Source: the human T2T-CHM13v2.0 reference genome, Homo sapiens. Taken from it: DNA of 64,000 nt. Every line of letters starts with the position of its first letter. The stretch's first letter is position 1. This document shows, in pieces, positions 50,943 to 63,906 of this stretch. A program made the position numbers and the translations under genes. Under the pieces are notes generated by a model. It ran no database searches. It saw only the letters and a program-made list of their open reading frames with translations, and was not told where the DNA came from. The stretch lies in NCBI RefSeq assembly GCF_009914755.1, contig NC_060928.1; one strand, written 5' to 3'.

Positions 50943-52939
50943 CCTTAGCCAGCCCTTGTAGATAATCAGTTGACTTCTTTTAATGTACAACTGTACTTTT
51001 GAGAATAATCCTATAAATAATTTCAATAGGGCTTATTCTCTCATGAACTCCAGTCGAGAAAGACCAGAAAATGCCACAGTATTTAATTTACATACCTCTT
51101 CCCTCTTCCTATAAGCTATGCAAAAAACAATATAGGAACCTATCATAATAAGGAACTTTTAGCATCTATAAAATTCCTTTGAAAAGCCTCATGCACTGCA
51201 AATACCTACATAAAATGTCATATTACTCAGATAGACCTCTTGGAAATGACTAGTGTAGCCCAGTGAGTCTGAAGGAAAATGTCTGGTAAATATATTGTTG
51301 AATAAATTATTGAAAAGATGTGTAGACTGATGGGAATACTGATTTTCAAAATGTGTGACCATGCCTCTCTTCTCTAACCTGTTTCATGTCTATACAAAAT
51401 CACTTATGGAATGTTAGCCTTGATAACTAAACCTGAAATGCCTTCAGCTTTGGGGCTCTTTACTTCTTAAGGCAGTAAAGATGGAACAGGGGCAGTGAGT
51501 GAGTGTAGTTTTGAAAGCAGCAAAATATTTCTCTATATGCGTTTAATAAAGAATGAGTACATCTCAAGTCTCTCCAGCATCTTAAGATTTATGAGATAGA
51601 ACTTGCACACTGCATATTATTCTTTCTCTTTTTCTAGGGTCTCTTTTCCCTTGTTGTTTTAGTGTATTTTTGCTTACTTGAGAAAATTAAATATGAATTT
51701 GGAATTTTTCTTCCTTCCATTTTTCTTTCTCCTTCTGATCAGCTTGATTATTTATTTTTTGCCTTTGTCAATTATTTTCATGACGGGTTAACTTTATTTA
51801 TTTTAGATTTCCATTTCCTTCTTTGAGTTTACTTTTCTCTATTTCTGCCTTTATTTCATGTTCAGAATTCTTTGTCAGCTTTTTGGGTTTTTTTCTACCT
51901 TTTATTTTCCCTTTGCTGATTCTCTGGTGCTCTTATTTTGCTGCCAGAGTCAAAATGAATGTATAACCAGCATCTCATGTGAATTTACTCTGTTCTGCAT
52001 GGCATTTTTCTTTTATGTTTTTGTTTGTTAAAAATTGTCATGGTTTATAAATGCTTCTAGGCTTTTCAAAAGGTTTTGTATTACTAAACATGAAAAAAGA
52101 TATAGCAGTTTCAAAGAGACAAATTCCCTTTTAGAAGTCACAGAGGATGCTAAAGTAAAGTAATAGAATGGCGATTGGACATAATTTCCAACATTATGAA
52201 GTAATACAGCAGCTCTTACAATGTCACAGAAGTTAATGAGGCAATTTCCTGTAGAGAGACAGGACAGCACAGAGCAAACCTCCTGGCACCTTCTACACAG
52301 AGAACAACAACTACTTTGCTCACTGGAGATTACAGTTTCAAAATAACTCAGAAAATAGTCTACTTGTGAAAAAATGGAATTACTGACCTGCATTTATCTA
52401 GGGCCTCAGGCACCTAGTAGTAAGATAGGCATATGTTTAGCTGGACATATTCTTTCCTAAGTCTCTTCTGGCCCCAGACTTGGAAGATCCCAAACAGTCA
52501 TTGACTGTCTTAAGATCTTGTTAGCTTGTCTCCTAGTTTTCTCAGCAGCAAGCCCCAGAAATCACCACTGGTTCATTAACAAGAGTTTACTAAAAACTAT
52601 AGTGGTTTATACAGGAAGTTGGTGAACTAGGGTTAAAAAATAAAACAAAACGAACCAAAAAAAATTGTATCGAAATCCAAAGGAAGCTACTGCTAGAGTG
52701 ATAGCCAAACCTTTACCAAAGGAAGGGACTGTTGTCACACAGAACAATGTGTTTTGCTGCACCACAAATTCTTCACTATCCTGCTTGTACTTAAGATGGG
52801 AAGTTCCAGGCAGGATATGTTAATTGACAGAGCTTAGATTATATACTCATGACACTGATGTTAGAATGGTGGCGGAAGAATACAGCTTCTCATCTAAGAG
52901 TTGTATATATCAGATTCTCATGGAGGAAAATTCTCAAAA

Positions 52940-53036
52940 TAGAAGGAAACCAGGATTTCCTTCTAAATAGATGGAAACCAGGATTTCCTTCTAAATAGAT
53001 GGAAACCAGGATTTCCTTCTAAATAGATGGAAACCA
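52940..53036. repeat. 28-bp palindromic minisatellite, 3 perfect copies + partial
   Basis: ggaaaccaggatttccttctaaatagat at 52945, 52973 and 53001, with a partial copy at 53029. Confidence 0.97.
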
Positions 53037-53544
53037 AGATTATGACAAATATCTCTTATATATGTGTTTTTGTATGCATTCCTGAACATTAAAGTATTAT
53101 GTTATGTTTTTGAATATCATAGACTGGAAAAAAAGTGTGTTTTTTGGAAAATATCCTTCTTTTATTCAGCATTCTGTTTGTGAGACATATATTGGCATTT
53201 GTAGCCAAATAGGTTTATTTCCAAAGTGATACTCTATTCCATTTTATTAAAATATTACTGTGTATACATACTTATTCCACTTTATGAATATATTACTATA
53301 TATTTATTCTCTGCAGGATTTTTTCAGTTTTTATTATTACAGATCATTTTATGCATATTCTTTTATATTCATCCTGATTTCTTCCAGGTTATTTACTTAC
53401 TGGTGGAATTTATGGGTTGTAGAGAACGGTATAGATATTTATAAGTAAGGAACAACTATTTTTCAAAACGTTTGTACCAATTTGTACTTCCACCACCAGT
53501 GTGTAAGAATTCTTATTACACCTGGATTGGTAAATTATTATCAT

Positions 53545-54310
53545 AATGTTGTTCAACAAACCATCCCAAACTCAGTGGATTAGCACAGCAGTTGTTTATT
53601 CCCATCAATCTGTGGATTGTCTCTGCTTCACACTGCAGGTATGTAGGTCTGAGTCTACTAGGTGTGTCCCTCATTCCACTTAGAACAGGAGAGTAGCAGA
53701 GTGTTCTCATGCTGTTGTAAGGACATACCTAAGACTCGGTAATTTATAAAGGTTTAATTGACTTACAGTTCTGCATTGCTGGGAAGGCCTCAGGGAACTT
53801 ACAGTCATGGCGGAAAGGGAAGCAAACACGCCCTTCTTCACGTGGTGGCAGGAAAGAGATGAATTAGAACCAAGCAAAGAGAGAAGCCGCTTTTAAAAGC
53901 ATCAGATCTCGTGAGAACTCACTCACTATCCTGAGAACAGCAGCATGGGGAGTAACCGCCCCATGATTCAATTACCTTCCACCAGGTGCCTCCCACGACA
54001 CATGGGGATTATGGGAATTCAAGATGACATTTGGCTGGGGACACAGCCAAACCATATCACAGAGGCACGTTCTTCCTATGGTAATGGTAGAGATAGCAGA
54101 GAGCAAGACAAATGGCACACATACTTTGGAAGCTTCTGCTAACATTGTATCTTCTAACATCCTACTGGCTAAGGCAAACCACATGGATAATCCGAAAGTC
54201 AGAAGTAAGCAAAGGTACTTTACTTTTAGTGGGAGATATTACCTGGCTATGTAACAAAAGGTATGGAAATAGGGAAGGGCAAGCAATCAGGGCCAGTATT
54301 TTGTCATAGC
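53545..54310 (-). mobile_element. Old MLT1-type LTR split by a THE1 LTR
   Basis: caacaaaccatcccaaactcagtggatta. Resumes after 54064 (ctaacatcctactggctaaggcaa). Confidence 0.65.
53702..54059 (-). mobile_element. THE1D-like solo LTR
   Basis: catcagatctcgtgagaactcactcact..ggggacacagccaaaccatatca. TSD CAGAG at 53697-53701 and 54060-54064. Confidence 0.92.
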
Positions 54311-54726
54311 TCTCTATTCTCATCAACATTTGCTGTTTTCACATTTCTTACATGATGTGTAATGGTGTTTTATTGTGCCTGCAATATGTACCATATTTAC
54401 CTGATTGCCAATGAGGCTGGGCATATTTTTACGTCTTCATTCACCATTTGCAGTTTCCCCTTTTGTGAAGTGCCCAGGTAAGTTTTCAGCCATTTTTTAT
54501 TTCTAAAGGATTACTTGTCTATTTCTCTTGCTTGGAAGTCATTTTGTATATTTTGATATGTGTCTTGTTTCCCATGTATATTTTTACCAAGTAGCATATC
54601 TTTTTATATTCTTTATAATACTTATTAAAGGAGTTCCAATCTTTAAAATATTCAAATATATTTGTTAATATATGGCTAATAGTTTTTGGTCTTACTTAAG
54701 AAGTTCTTTTTCACAGTGAGGTTATG

Positions 54727-55060
54727 GGCTGGGCACGATGGTTTGCACCTATAATCCCAACATTTCAGGAGGTCAAGGCAGGAGGATCACTTGAGCCCAA
54801 GAGTTTGAGAACAGCCTGTGCAACAGAGCAAGACCCTGTAGAGGGTCTTGTAGAGACAAAAAATTTAAAAAGCTAGCCAGGCGTGCTGGCACATGCCTAT
54901 AGTCCCAGCTACTCAGGAGGTTGAAATGGGAGGATTGCTTGAGCCCAGGAGATCGAGACTATGGTGAGCCTTGATCATGCCACTGCACTCCAGCCTGAGC
55001 AACAGAGCCTCAAAAAAAATTATAAAAATAAAAAAGAGAAAGAAAAGACAAAGAAAAAAT
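54727..55060 (+). mobile_element. AluJ SINE
   Basis: ggaggatcacttgagcccaagag, ggaggattgcttgagcccagg, A-rich tail. Degenerate TSD tcaca..g(a)ggttatg on both sides. Confidence 0.93.
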
Positions 55061-56915
55061 TAGTCACAAGGTAAGGTTATGGAAATATTCTCCTATGAAA
55101 TATTAACTTCTAAAAATATTATAGCTCTGTCTCAGAAATTTCAGCACTCAGTGTATGAAGCATCTTGGTTCTGAAGATCAATTCTTTCCACTTTATCTTT
55201 TTAAAGTGTGTTTTGGTTATTCTTGTCCCCTTGTACTCCAAATAAGCGTAAAATCAGCGTACTAATTTTCATGAAATAATAGTTTAATTTTGTATTGCAT
55301 TGAAATTACACATGCATTAGGACAGAATTTTTAGAATTTTTTCCAATAATGAGTTTAACATTTCTTTAATTCATACAAAAATTATTTTGGTTTTTAATTT
55401 CTCTAAAATGTTTTAAAATTTTCTTAATAAAAGTCTTATATTTTTAGTATAAGCTTATTCATCACTACTTGACATTTTTGCAGTGTTTATAATAGCATCA
55501 TCAAAATTTTATTTTCTAAACTTTTAATTGGTAGAAGGTAGTATTCATTGGTAAGTTTCTTTGTTTTTTTCAGCAATGTATTCAGGAATTTTAATAAATT
55601 TATCTGTTAATTGCTTTGGAACTTCTATGTACAAAGCCATGTCATTTGTGAACATTGTTGTATTTCTTTTTTTAAATTTTATAACTTTTTTCTTAATTAC
55701 TTGCCTTATCACATAGCCTAGGTTCTAAAGTAACATGTTGAAATGAAATGATAATAGCAGACATTTTGGTTTTAAATTGAATATAAAAGGGAAGCTTTCT
55801 TTGCATATTTTATAATTAAGCTATGTTTGCTATAAATTTTAAAGATATTTTCTATCATTTTGAAAGGTCACTCAGATTTCTGTCTTTTTAAAAAACATGA
55901 AAAGCTGTTTAATTTAATAAATTATTTTATTGCATTTATTCAAAGAACCCATTCTTTTTTTTATTCATTGGTGTTTCATGTGGTTAAACTTTCATTAATT
56001 TTGTAATGATTAACTTTGCATACCTCAGATAATATAAAGTTAATTATGATGTATTAACCTTATATACATTGCTGGATTTGGTTTATTAGTACACTATTTT
56101 GGCTTTTTTGCATCATTATTTATGATTAAAATAGGAATAAAATTTTTCTTTCTCAGTTGTCTTTTTCAAGTTTTGATATCAACCTATACTCTCTTAAAAT
56201 GAGTTGAAAAATATCCCTTCAGATTTTCTTTTTAAAATTTTTTTCTTCAAAGTTTGGGTAAACTTGGTTGTGAAGATCTCTCAGCCAGATGTAATTTCAG
56301 GAAAAGATTTGTATGTTCTAATTTAATTTTAGATAAATGTATAAATTTTAGGTTTTCTGTTTATTGAGTCAGCTTTTGTAATTTGTGTATTTCATTTAAA
56401 TATTCAAAGTTTTTATCTTCTTACAATTTTTTATTTTTTAAACACTTTTAATGTTTGAGATTTCTGAGTTTTTTTCTTTTTCATTTTTTTACTACATTCT
56501 GTGCATCTCTTTTTTCTGTTGTTTGCGTTGCATTCTTTATTCTTTTTCTTCTACTATCTTTTTGGTAATAGTCTTCTTCACCTTCTTGAATGAATGTTTA
56601 GTACATTGCTTTTATAGTTTTCTAATATAAGCTTAAGGACTCTATTTTCCTTCACTTCTATCTTATTTCTAGTCCTTAACATTCAAATGTGTGCTAAATG
56701 AATTAATCATCATGTATTGTCATCATTTATTATCATTTGCTAAGTATTATTGTGATTTTTGTCCTCAAACTAATGTATTAGAAGTGTTAATATTCATTTT
56801 CAGAAATGTAGATTTTCTCATTAGCTTTTTGTTATTGATTTCTGCTGTGCTATGGTTACAGAACATGCTCTGTCTTTGATTTTTTTTGAGACTTACTATA
56901 CATTCCAGTATATGT

Positions 56916-57052
56916 AGGGTTACAGTATTATTTATTATTTTAAACTATCACACTTTTGAGTTTAAAAAAACACCTGCTCACCAGATGACTGCTAAGGGCA
57001 ATAGGTACAAACAAGGACATTCCTGAGCAAACCGGGCTGTATAGTTACCCAA
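56916..57052. mobile_element. MER94/MER81-like hAT-Blackjack MITE
   Basis: Termini tagggttac ... gttaccc; internal cacttttgag and gcaaaccggg. Confidence 0.6.
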
Positions 57053-57519
57053 ACTATGTGATACATCTTTTTAACTTGCACAGGTACTTGAAAATTATGT
57101 CTATTCTATAGTTGTCGAGTAAAGTGTTTTATATATGAAATATAAATTGTATAATAAAAGAGAGTAGCTATGAAAAAAATACACATCTATACCCTGTTTA
57201 GATTTTCCTATGTATAATTTGTCAATTATAGATAATAAAGTAATTTGAAGAAAGAAAAAAGAAAATAGATCCACTATCATATATAAAATAACCCATAAAC
57301 ACACGTACTCACAAACACACCTTTCATCCTTAAATTTCATGGCTAGAATTTTCAGTAAAATTTTTAGAAAATAATTTTGTTTGCCTTCTGACTAAAGTTA
57401 ATAACATTTTTTATTATAAGCATAACAAAACAACATCTCCTAAAACCATAAATTTAATGAGTAGATAGTTTCACTTTACCTCTCTAGCTAATAGAGATCA
57501 TATTGCTAATTTACTTTCA

Positions 57520-57835
57520 ACGTTTTCCGTCCTCCAATCCCCAGGAAGCTGAGCTCTGTGGACCAATTCAGTCAAACCCTTTTGTCCTCTGGCATTTGGT
57601 TGGCTTCAGCTAATAGGAGACAATTATGGGAGAGCATAGGTGGTAAGACAACAAGATTCGGCTATTTATTGCCCTAACTTGCTTTGCTGGACCTCAAAAA
57701 GTTACCTATTAACTCTCTTATACAGCTGTAAGTCTTTATCTATCTTCCCCTCAACTTTCCTTCATGCCTAGGAGTAGAAATGGCTTCCACTCTCACTGAG
57801 TCCTCAACGCGTTCTATTATCTTACCCACACTGAC
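57520..57835 (+). mobile_element. LTR33-like ERVL LTR fragment
   Basis: ccccaggaagctga..tgtcctctggcatttggttggcttcagctaatagga..ctatttattgccc. Confidence 0.5.
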
Positions 57836-58299
57836 AACTACAGTATGTTGTTATAGTTTTTTTTAAATGAAAGCTAAATCAATTAACAATTATTCATAAA
57901 TACTTATTTATGTAACACTTAATACAGAGTGAGATCCAATGTACAGTGAAGCCAGATGGGTACCAACTAATTACATACCTAGTCAGATTTTAGTGAACAT
58001 TGTCCTCTACCCTATTTAAACTAATGCAGCCTTTATAATTAGATCTACAATTTGGTTTCTAAAGAAGACACAGAGGGGAACTTTCCAACATTTGTATTTA
58101 TTCCATGTAAATAACTTGTATATAGGTCAGAGAACATATAAAATCTAGTAAAAGCTATTATTAGGAACAATAATATATTATTTTGATGTAATAATGTCCA
58201 ATATTTATGAGTTAGAGTAACAAACTTCAATAGACTCTTTTAAGACTAGTCATCAAATTTTACCTGCAAAGAATATTTAAAGTATTAAATTCCCAATAA

Positions 58300-58606
58300 G
58301 GCCTGGTGTGGTGGCTCACACCTGTAATCCTAGCAGATTGGGAGGCCGAGAAGGGCAGATGGCTTGAGTCCAGAAGTTCAAGACCAGCTCGGGCAATGTG
58401 GCAAAACCCTGTCTCTACCAAAAAAATACAAAAATTAACTGGGCATGGTGGCATGCCTGTGATCCCAGCTATTCAGGAGGCTGAGGAGGAAGGACTGCTT
58501 GTGCCTTGGAGTTGGAGACTGCAATGCAGTGAGCTGAGATTGCACCACTGCACTCCCGCCTGGGTGAGAGAGACCCTGTCTCAAATAAAATAAAATAAAA
58601 TAAAAA
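58300..58606 (+). mobile_element. AluJb-like SINE
   Basis: Full dimer with a (TAAAA)n tail. TSD TCCCAATAA at 58291-58299 and 58607-58615. Confidence 0.93.
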
Positions 58607-59579
58607 TCCCAATAAATACCGTCAATTGCTTTCAATGTATCATTTTATCATGTTTGTTTTTCTGTTTGCTTCAAAAAATAGTATTTGCCATGACTTTTAA
58701 ATAATAATACTAATGCTTTAAAATAAAATTATTGTAGAAATTTCATATTATTTTCCTATATACTGTAAATCCTTAATACTATAAATACTATAAATACTCC
58801 AATACGGCTTGTCATAGATAAACAACATTATTAGAAAAATTGTGAGTTACAGACCAAGTTTCTTTCTTACTCAAACGGAATGCTATAGTCATTCCAAGTG
58901 AGAATGAGTTAACTACAGAAAAATGAGAAAAAAAAAAGGAAAGCAAAAAAATGAACCCACATTCTGGAGCTGTCACCCTTAGCATCCTTGACTGAAACAA
59001 AATTACATTTGGAGAACCTTGGAATTTGAGCATTTGACTTTTTAGGTAGAGGATTTCAAGTATCTTATCACCTTTGTTTGTATCAGGAACCATGAGTTTG
59101 GAGTAATTCTGAAATTACGAAGAAAACAATCTGGTACTAGTTATAGAGTGGACAGTTCAACTTTTTTCACAATGTCACTTTTATAAACACTCATTTTTCT
59201 CTTGTGGTAGAGACTCTTTTGGAAATCTTACTAAAAGAATTGACTGCTTATATCTTGGCAAGTAGAAATACTAGGAATACAATCATTAATAAGTCACTTC
59301 TTACTGAGAAGGCAATTTAAAACAGAAATGTACAGGCAAGCTGCTATCAGTAGGGCAGAGGTTTCCAAGGTACATAAGGATAGAAGAAGAGAAGAACAGT
59401 AGGTTTTTCACACTAATTTGATCCATAACCTTGGCACAAAAGTGATGATCAAAATATCATAAGGAGTGAATGAAAGTCTCCAACCAAGCTAGTGAAAATG
59501 CTTCATAATACATCAGTTTTAAAACCTCCTTTCACTATGTATATACTGAGTGTCTCGTACCTAATAACACTTAACCTAC

Positions 59580-60040
59580 TGGTATTGTAGAGTAGTAGAA
59601 AAAGCAAGGATTTTGAAGTTAGATGAGTTGAAGTTAGCTGAATACATTGGGTGAACCATTTAACCTTTCTTGCCTATGGTGTTTTCATCTGTAAAATAAA
59701 AATATTGGATGAGATTATCTAAAAAGTCTCATTGAGCTTCATAAAATCTATGGTGCTACATACGTTTAATAACCAAACTCCAGGTAGGGTAGATATGATA
59801 TAATGAAGGAAAGAATTGGATTTATTTAAAGTAAAAAGACCTGATTTGGAGTTTTAAGCCTACTTAGATGTCTTCCCTACTGGCTTTGTGATCTTGGATT
59901 TGTAACTTAAGTGTCATGATAGTGCAATTTCTCTTCTCAAAATAAGCATAATAATTATTTGGTGATAATGTTTAGTAAAGAAAAAGTATAATAAAATGTA
60001 GAAATATGCTTTCTAAACACTATACAAATATAACAAGTTG
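59580..60040 (+). mobile_element. Two MIR/MIR3 fragments
   Basis: gttttcatctgtaaaat..ttggatgagatt; aagacctgatttggag..ggctttgtgatcttgg. Confidence 0.55.
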
Positions 60041-61451
60041 ACAATTATGTATTAGTCATGGATGCTGAGTCTCAAATAAAACTGTAGGTGCCTAAATTTA
60101 GACCTTTTTTGAAGATACATATTTCTGGCTGTTAAGAGCAGGCATATCATTTCATTCTCTTTCCCTGCTGAAGATGTTTTCTTGTGTTAAGATGGTGGTG
60201 TAACAAGATGGCGAAGCCTCTGTTATCCTGAATCCCTGATTCAATAGTGAAGAAAAGTCCTCACTAACCAGAATTTGACAGGTAGATTTAGTGAAGAATA
60301 AATTCTGATAATTATGCCATGGAGATTAAGGAGTTAGCTTTGTAACATAACTAATTTTGCCTGAGTAACAGAAGCATTATTCCTGGAAAAAAATCTTTAT
60401 TAAGTATTACAGAGAGAAATTATTATTCTAAATGAACCTGACCATATATGGATATTAAGCATGCTTGGAATTCGAGGAACACAAAGACTGAGTAGTTACA
60501 ATAACATGAAAATGTGATGGAGGTGGTTATAATGATACATTTTAAGGTAGAGGGGCATATTTAGCATTGATGATCATCATAAACTGAGCCAGGCCCATGT
60601 CAATAACCAAGGAAGTTCAACCTAGGAAAACCATCTATTCAATGCCAGTTATGGTTTCAAGGTGTCCCTTCATTTCAAGAAGCTGATTATTCCAGAAAAA
60701 AATAGTCTATCCTCTTAGGAAAATAAAATGGCAAGAGCAGAGAAAGTGTTATGGGTCTACTCATATTGACAGAGATTTAAGGCAGTTCTCTATATGAAGT
60801 GGAAGACCAGAATAATATATGAGTACATTTATATATTTATACACATTTATAAAGGAATCATATAATCACATGTGCATATGTTATGTGTACATGCTTACGT
60901 TAGTCTCTGTAACTAGAATATTCCATGAAGGCAGAAATTTTCTCTCTTTTGCCTGGCCCAAAGTAGAAACTCAATAAGTATTTGCTGTATTTACTCATAA
61001 GGTGAGTGAATGGCTAAATAAAAGCGGCAGACATGTGAATGACTGAGTGACAAATATAAACATTGGACACAGTGTCTTTGGGGAAGAAAGTGCAGCTTGG
61101 TGGCATGTGGATACTCAATACTCATGTTAGACACATTGAAAGCTAGGGTTAGGGCAGCAAAACATAGGCGCTGGGCTTTTAATATCTCTTCCACTTTTGT
61201 CAGAATTGTCTCAGGAACCGGTAGGGTGAGTGAATTTTCTTCACACTCTCGAATTTCATAAACTTCTAATCCTTGACTGTGATATTCTCTTTCTCAGCTG
61301 TCTGCATTTGTTCTCTCTCCTAAACGGATGCTTCCATGCCCCACTCAGTTTTAATTTCTTCCTCCACCTTTCCATATACATTTGTCTGGCTCATTTCTAC
61401 TTAACTTTTAGCCCTCAGAAAATTTTATTTTCTCCAAAACTGAGCAATTGA

Positions 61452-61455
<4 letters not shown>

Positions 61456-61485
<30 letters not shown>
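61456..61485. repeat. (TG)n microsatellite
   Basis: Direct observation. Confidence 0.97.
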
Positions 61486-61487
<2 letters not shown>

Positions 61488-61512
61488 TTCATAGCAATCT
61501 TATTTTCTATTA

Positions 61513-61847
61513 CAGTAGTTCCCCCTTATCTGTGGAGGAACAGTTCAAGACTCTCAGTGGATGCCTGAAACCATGGGTAGTACCAAACCCTATATATACT
61601 GTGTTTTTTGTGTACATTTATGCCTATGATATAGTTTAATTTATAAATTAGGCACAATAAGAGATTAATAGCAGTGACTAATAACAAGTCATAACAATTA
61701 TAATAAACTATAACAAAAATTATTGAATATAATCTCTCTTTCTGTCAAAATATTTTATTGTACTGTATCCACTTGTAATCAGACCCTGATTGACCACGGG
61801 TAACTGAAACTGCAGAAGGCAAAACCATAGAGAAGTGGTGGCTGCTG
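61513..61847 (+). mobile_element. MER44A (Tigger7-derived) MITE, complete
   Basis: Terminal inverted repeats cagtagttcccccttatc / gagaagtggtggctgctg, with TA on both sides. Confidence 0.9.
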
Positions 61848-61869
61848 TATTTAAAAGCAGCTTTTCTTT

Positions 61870-61995
61870 ACCCTCGACTAATCTGGAAGCTTCCATGAAA
61901 CCGGTAATCACGATGAGGTTTCCGGGAACGCAATCATCAGTCAATAATGATATAAAGAATACGTAAGTTAGCCAATACAACTAAAATTGGCTAAT
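61870..61995. promoter_or_regulatory. Candidate cis-regulatory element (STAT GAS + paired CCAAT)
   Basis: TTCCGGGAA at 61920-61928, TTCCATGAA at 61891-61899, inverted TTAGCCAAT/ATTGGCTAA, and six CpGs. Motif-level evidence only. Confidence 0.3.
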
Positions 61996-63040
61996 ACTTG
62001 AAACTAAAAAATTCAGGTACTGATGACTTTATTTTATTTAATAGAGTTATTTTATATACATTGCCTAAGAGTGTTTATGGTATAGAACATAGGGGTTCTG
62101 TAATACCACAGAAGTGAGAAAACACGCCTCTACTTTTGCCATACAAATAAATGTATACAGAAAAGACTAATGTGTATTAAATAGTTTCTTTAGAACTTAG
62201 ATAAAGTCTGAGATTTTTAGAATCACACACACAGCCTTGGTGAAATTATGTAGATTAAAATGTTTTTCAATTATTCATACAACTCTGTAGTTTGTGAGCC
62301 TAAGCAGCAGGAAGCAAAGAGAAACAGTGAGGTGAGGAGATGAAAAAGAGTATCAAATCAACCCGATCTAGTAAGAATAATGGTAGCCTATCTTGTGAAG
62401 GCTACACGCGTAGGTTAAACATTCCCAGTCTATGAAATAAAAGATGACAGAATTGCATCCTAACTTTAGGCAACAATTGTGCAACAATTCTTAGTAAATA
62501 TGCATATGTTTATAATATAAGGTAGTCACTAGAGGGTCTAATGAATCATCATTGATCTGATTAATATGAACAACTACACGAGGGAGAAAGTAAAATCTGA
62601 AGTGGAAATTATCCAAATGCAATTTTGCAATGGACTTGTACTTCTGTCTTTCTGCAGAATTCAGATAACAATGACTTTTTAAAATTCTGCTAACGAAATA
62701 TTGTAGACAACAGAAAAGGGCAGACTAGATGAATATACTATATCTGTGACAGAGTAGGCGTATTACACATGGACAGACACAATCCATCTTAAATCATTGT
62801 CTGTAAGACAATCTACTGTTTTTATCTATCCAGTCCCAGCCAAATAATCTTAAATATCATTAAGGAGTTAGTAGACATATGATACTACTGCACTACTTGG
62901 GTTTGAATCCTGGCTTAGACAAGTTAAATAGTTTATGGCTCAATTTTGTCATTGGTAAAGCTGGGGAAAACACTAGTAATTATTTCCTAAATTTCTTATA
63001 AAGGTTAAATAAGGTAGTATGTGTACATATTAGATAACTC

Positions 63041-63046
<6 letters not shown>

Positions 63047-63071
<25 letters not shown>
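63047..63071. repeat. (TG)n microsatellite
   Basis: Direct observation. Confidence 0.95.
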
Positions 63072-63244
63072 ACAAATTATCAGGTATTACTACAATTGTT
63101 AACACAGCTCTATCATGGAAATCCATAAGAGTTATTGAAGGAGGTGTTTTTGATCCATCGCTATTGAACAAGCTTAGTTGAACTGACTTTTAGGAGCTTG
63201 GCTCCCTTCTTTATTATGCTCTGTAAACTGTTATCCTGAAGATA

Positions 63245-63480
63245 ATAATAGCTGACTCTCATTGTGTAATCACCATATGTCAGACACATTGTGTATTAAA
63301 CCTTTTAATTATGATAAATGAATGAATATATACATAATACATGCAACAGTTACTCACACTATACCCATTTTTATTTTATGGGAACTGAAGCATAGAAAGC
63401 TCAATGATTTACTATAATCAAACATAAGATCAGAAGCAGATTTGAAGTTATACATTCACAAGTCCATGTCCAAGCCTGCC
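63245..63480 (-). mobile_element. MIR
   Basis: ccatatgtcagacacattgtg..tacccatttt..ggaactgaagcatagaaag. Confidence 0.65.
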
Positions 63481-63552
63481 TCTCACATCTCTTTTCCTGC
63501 CTCTTAGTGATGGAGATGTTCCTTTTTCTCCCTTAATCTTTCCCTCTCATTG

Positions 63553-63906
63553 TCCTCCTCCTCCCTCTCCTCCTCCTCCCCCTCCTCCTCCCCCTCCTCC
63601 CCCTCCTCCCCCTCCCCCTTCCCCTCCCCGTCCTCCTTCTCCTCCTCCTCCTCATTCTCCTCTTCCTCCTCCTCCTTTTCCCTGTTCTCCTAGTTAGCCT
63701 TTGCATGATTACTAATGGAAGAGTAACAGAATGTGATTCAGTTTGTACTGAATCCTCCTCCTCCTCCTCCTCTTCTTCCTCCTCCTCCCCCTCCTCCTCT
63801 TTCTCCTCCTCCTCCTCCCCCTCCTCCTCCTCCTTTTCCCTGTTCTCCTAGTTAGTCTTTGCATGATTACTAATGGAAGAGTAACAGAATGTGATTCAGT
63901 TTGTAC
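63553..63906. repeat. Duplicated (CCT)n tract + 75-bp unique core (period 158)
   Basis: Core ccttttccctgttctcc...gattcagtttgtac at 63674-63748 and 63832-63906, with one mismatch. Confidence 0.95.

Larger units (their letters stand above)
53060..57120 (-). mobile_element. Old L1ME/L1M5-type LINE-1 (3'UTR-ORF2), fragmented by later insertions
   Basis: T-rich antisense L1 motifs: ttgtaccaatttgtacttccaccac, ttttgtgaagtgcc, cattgctggatttggttta, aaaatgagttgaaaa. Confidence 0.7.

Noticed and set aside
52028-52393. 121-aa Cys-containing ORF
   Set aside because: The cysteines follow no known pattern and the length is within chance expectation.
52945-53036. CRISPR-like palindromic 28-bp repeats
   Set aside because: The copies are contiguous with no spacers, there are no cas genes, and the context is primate DNA. 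It is a minisatellite.
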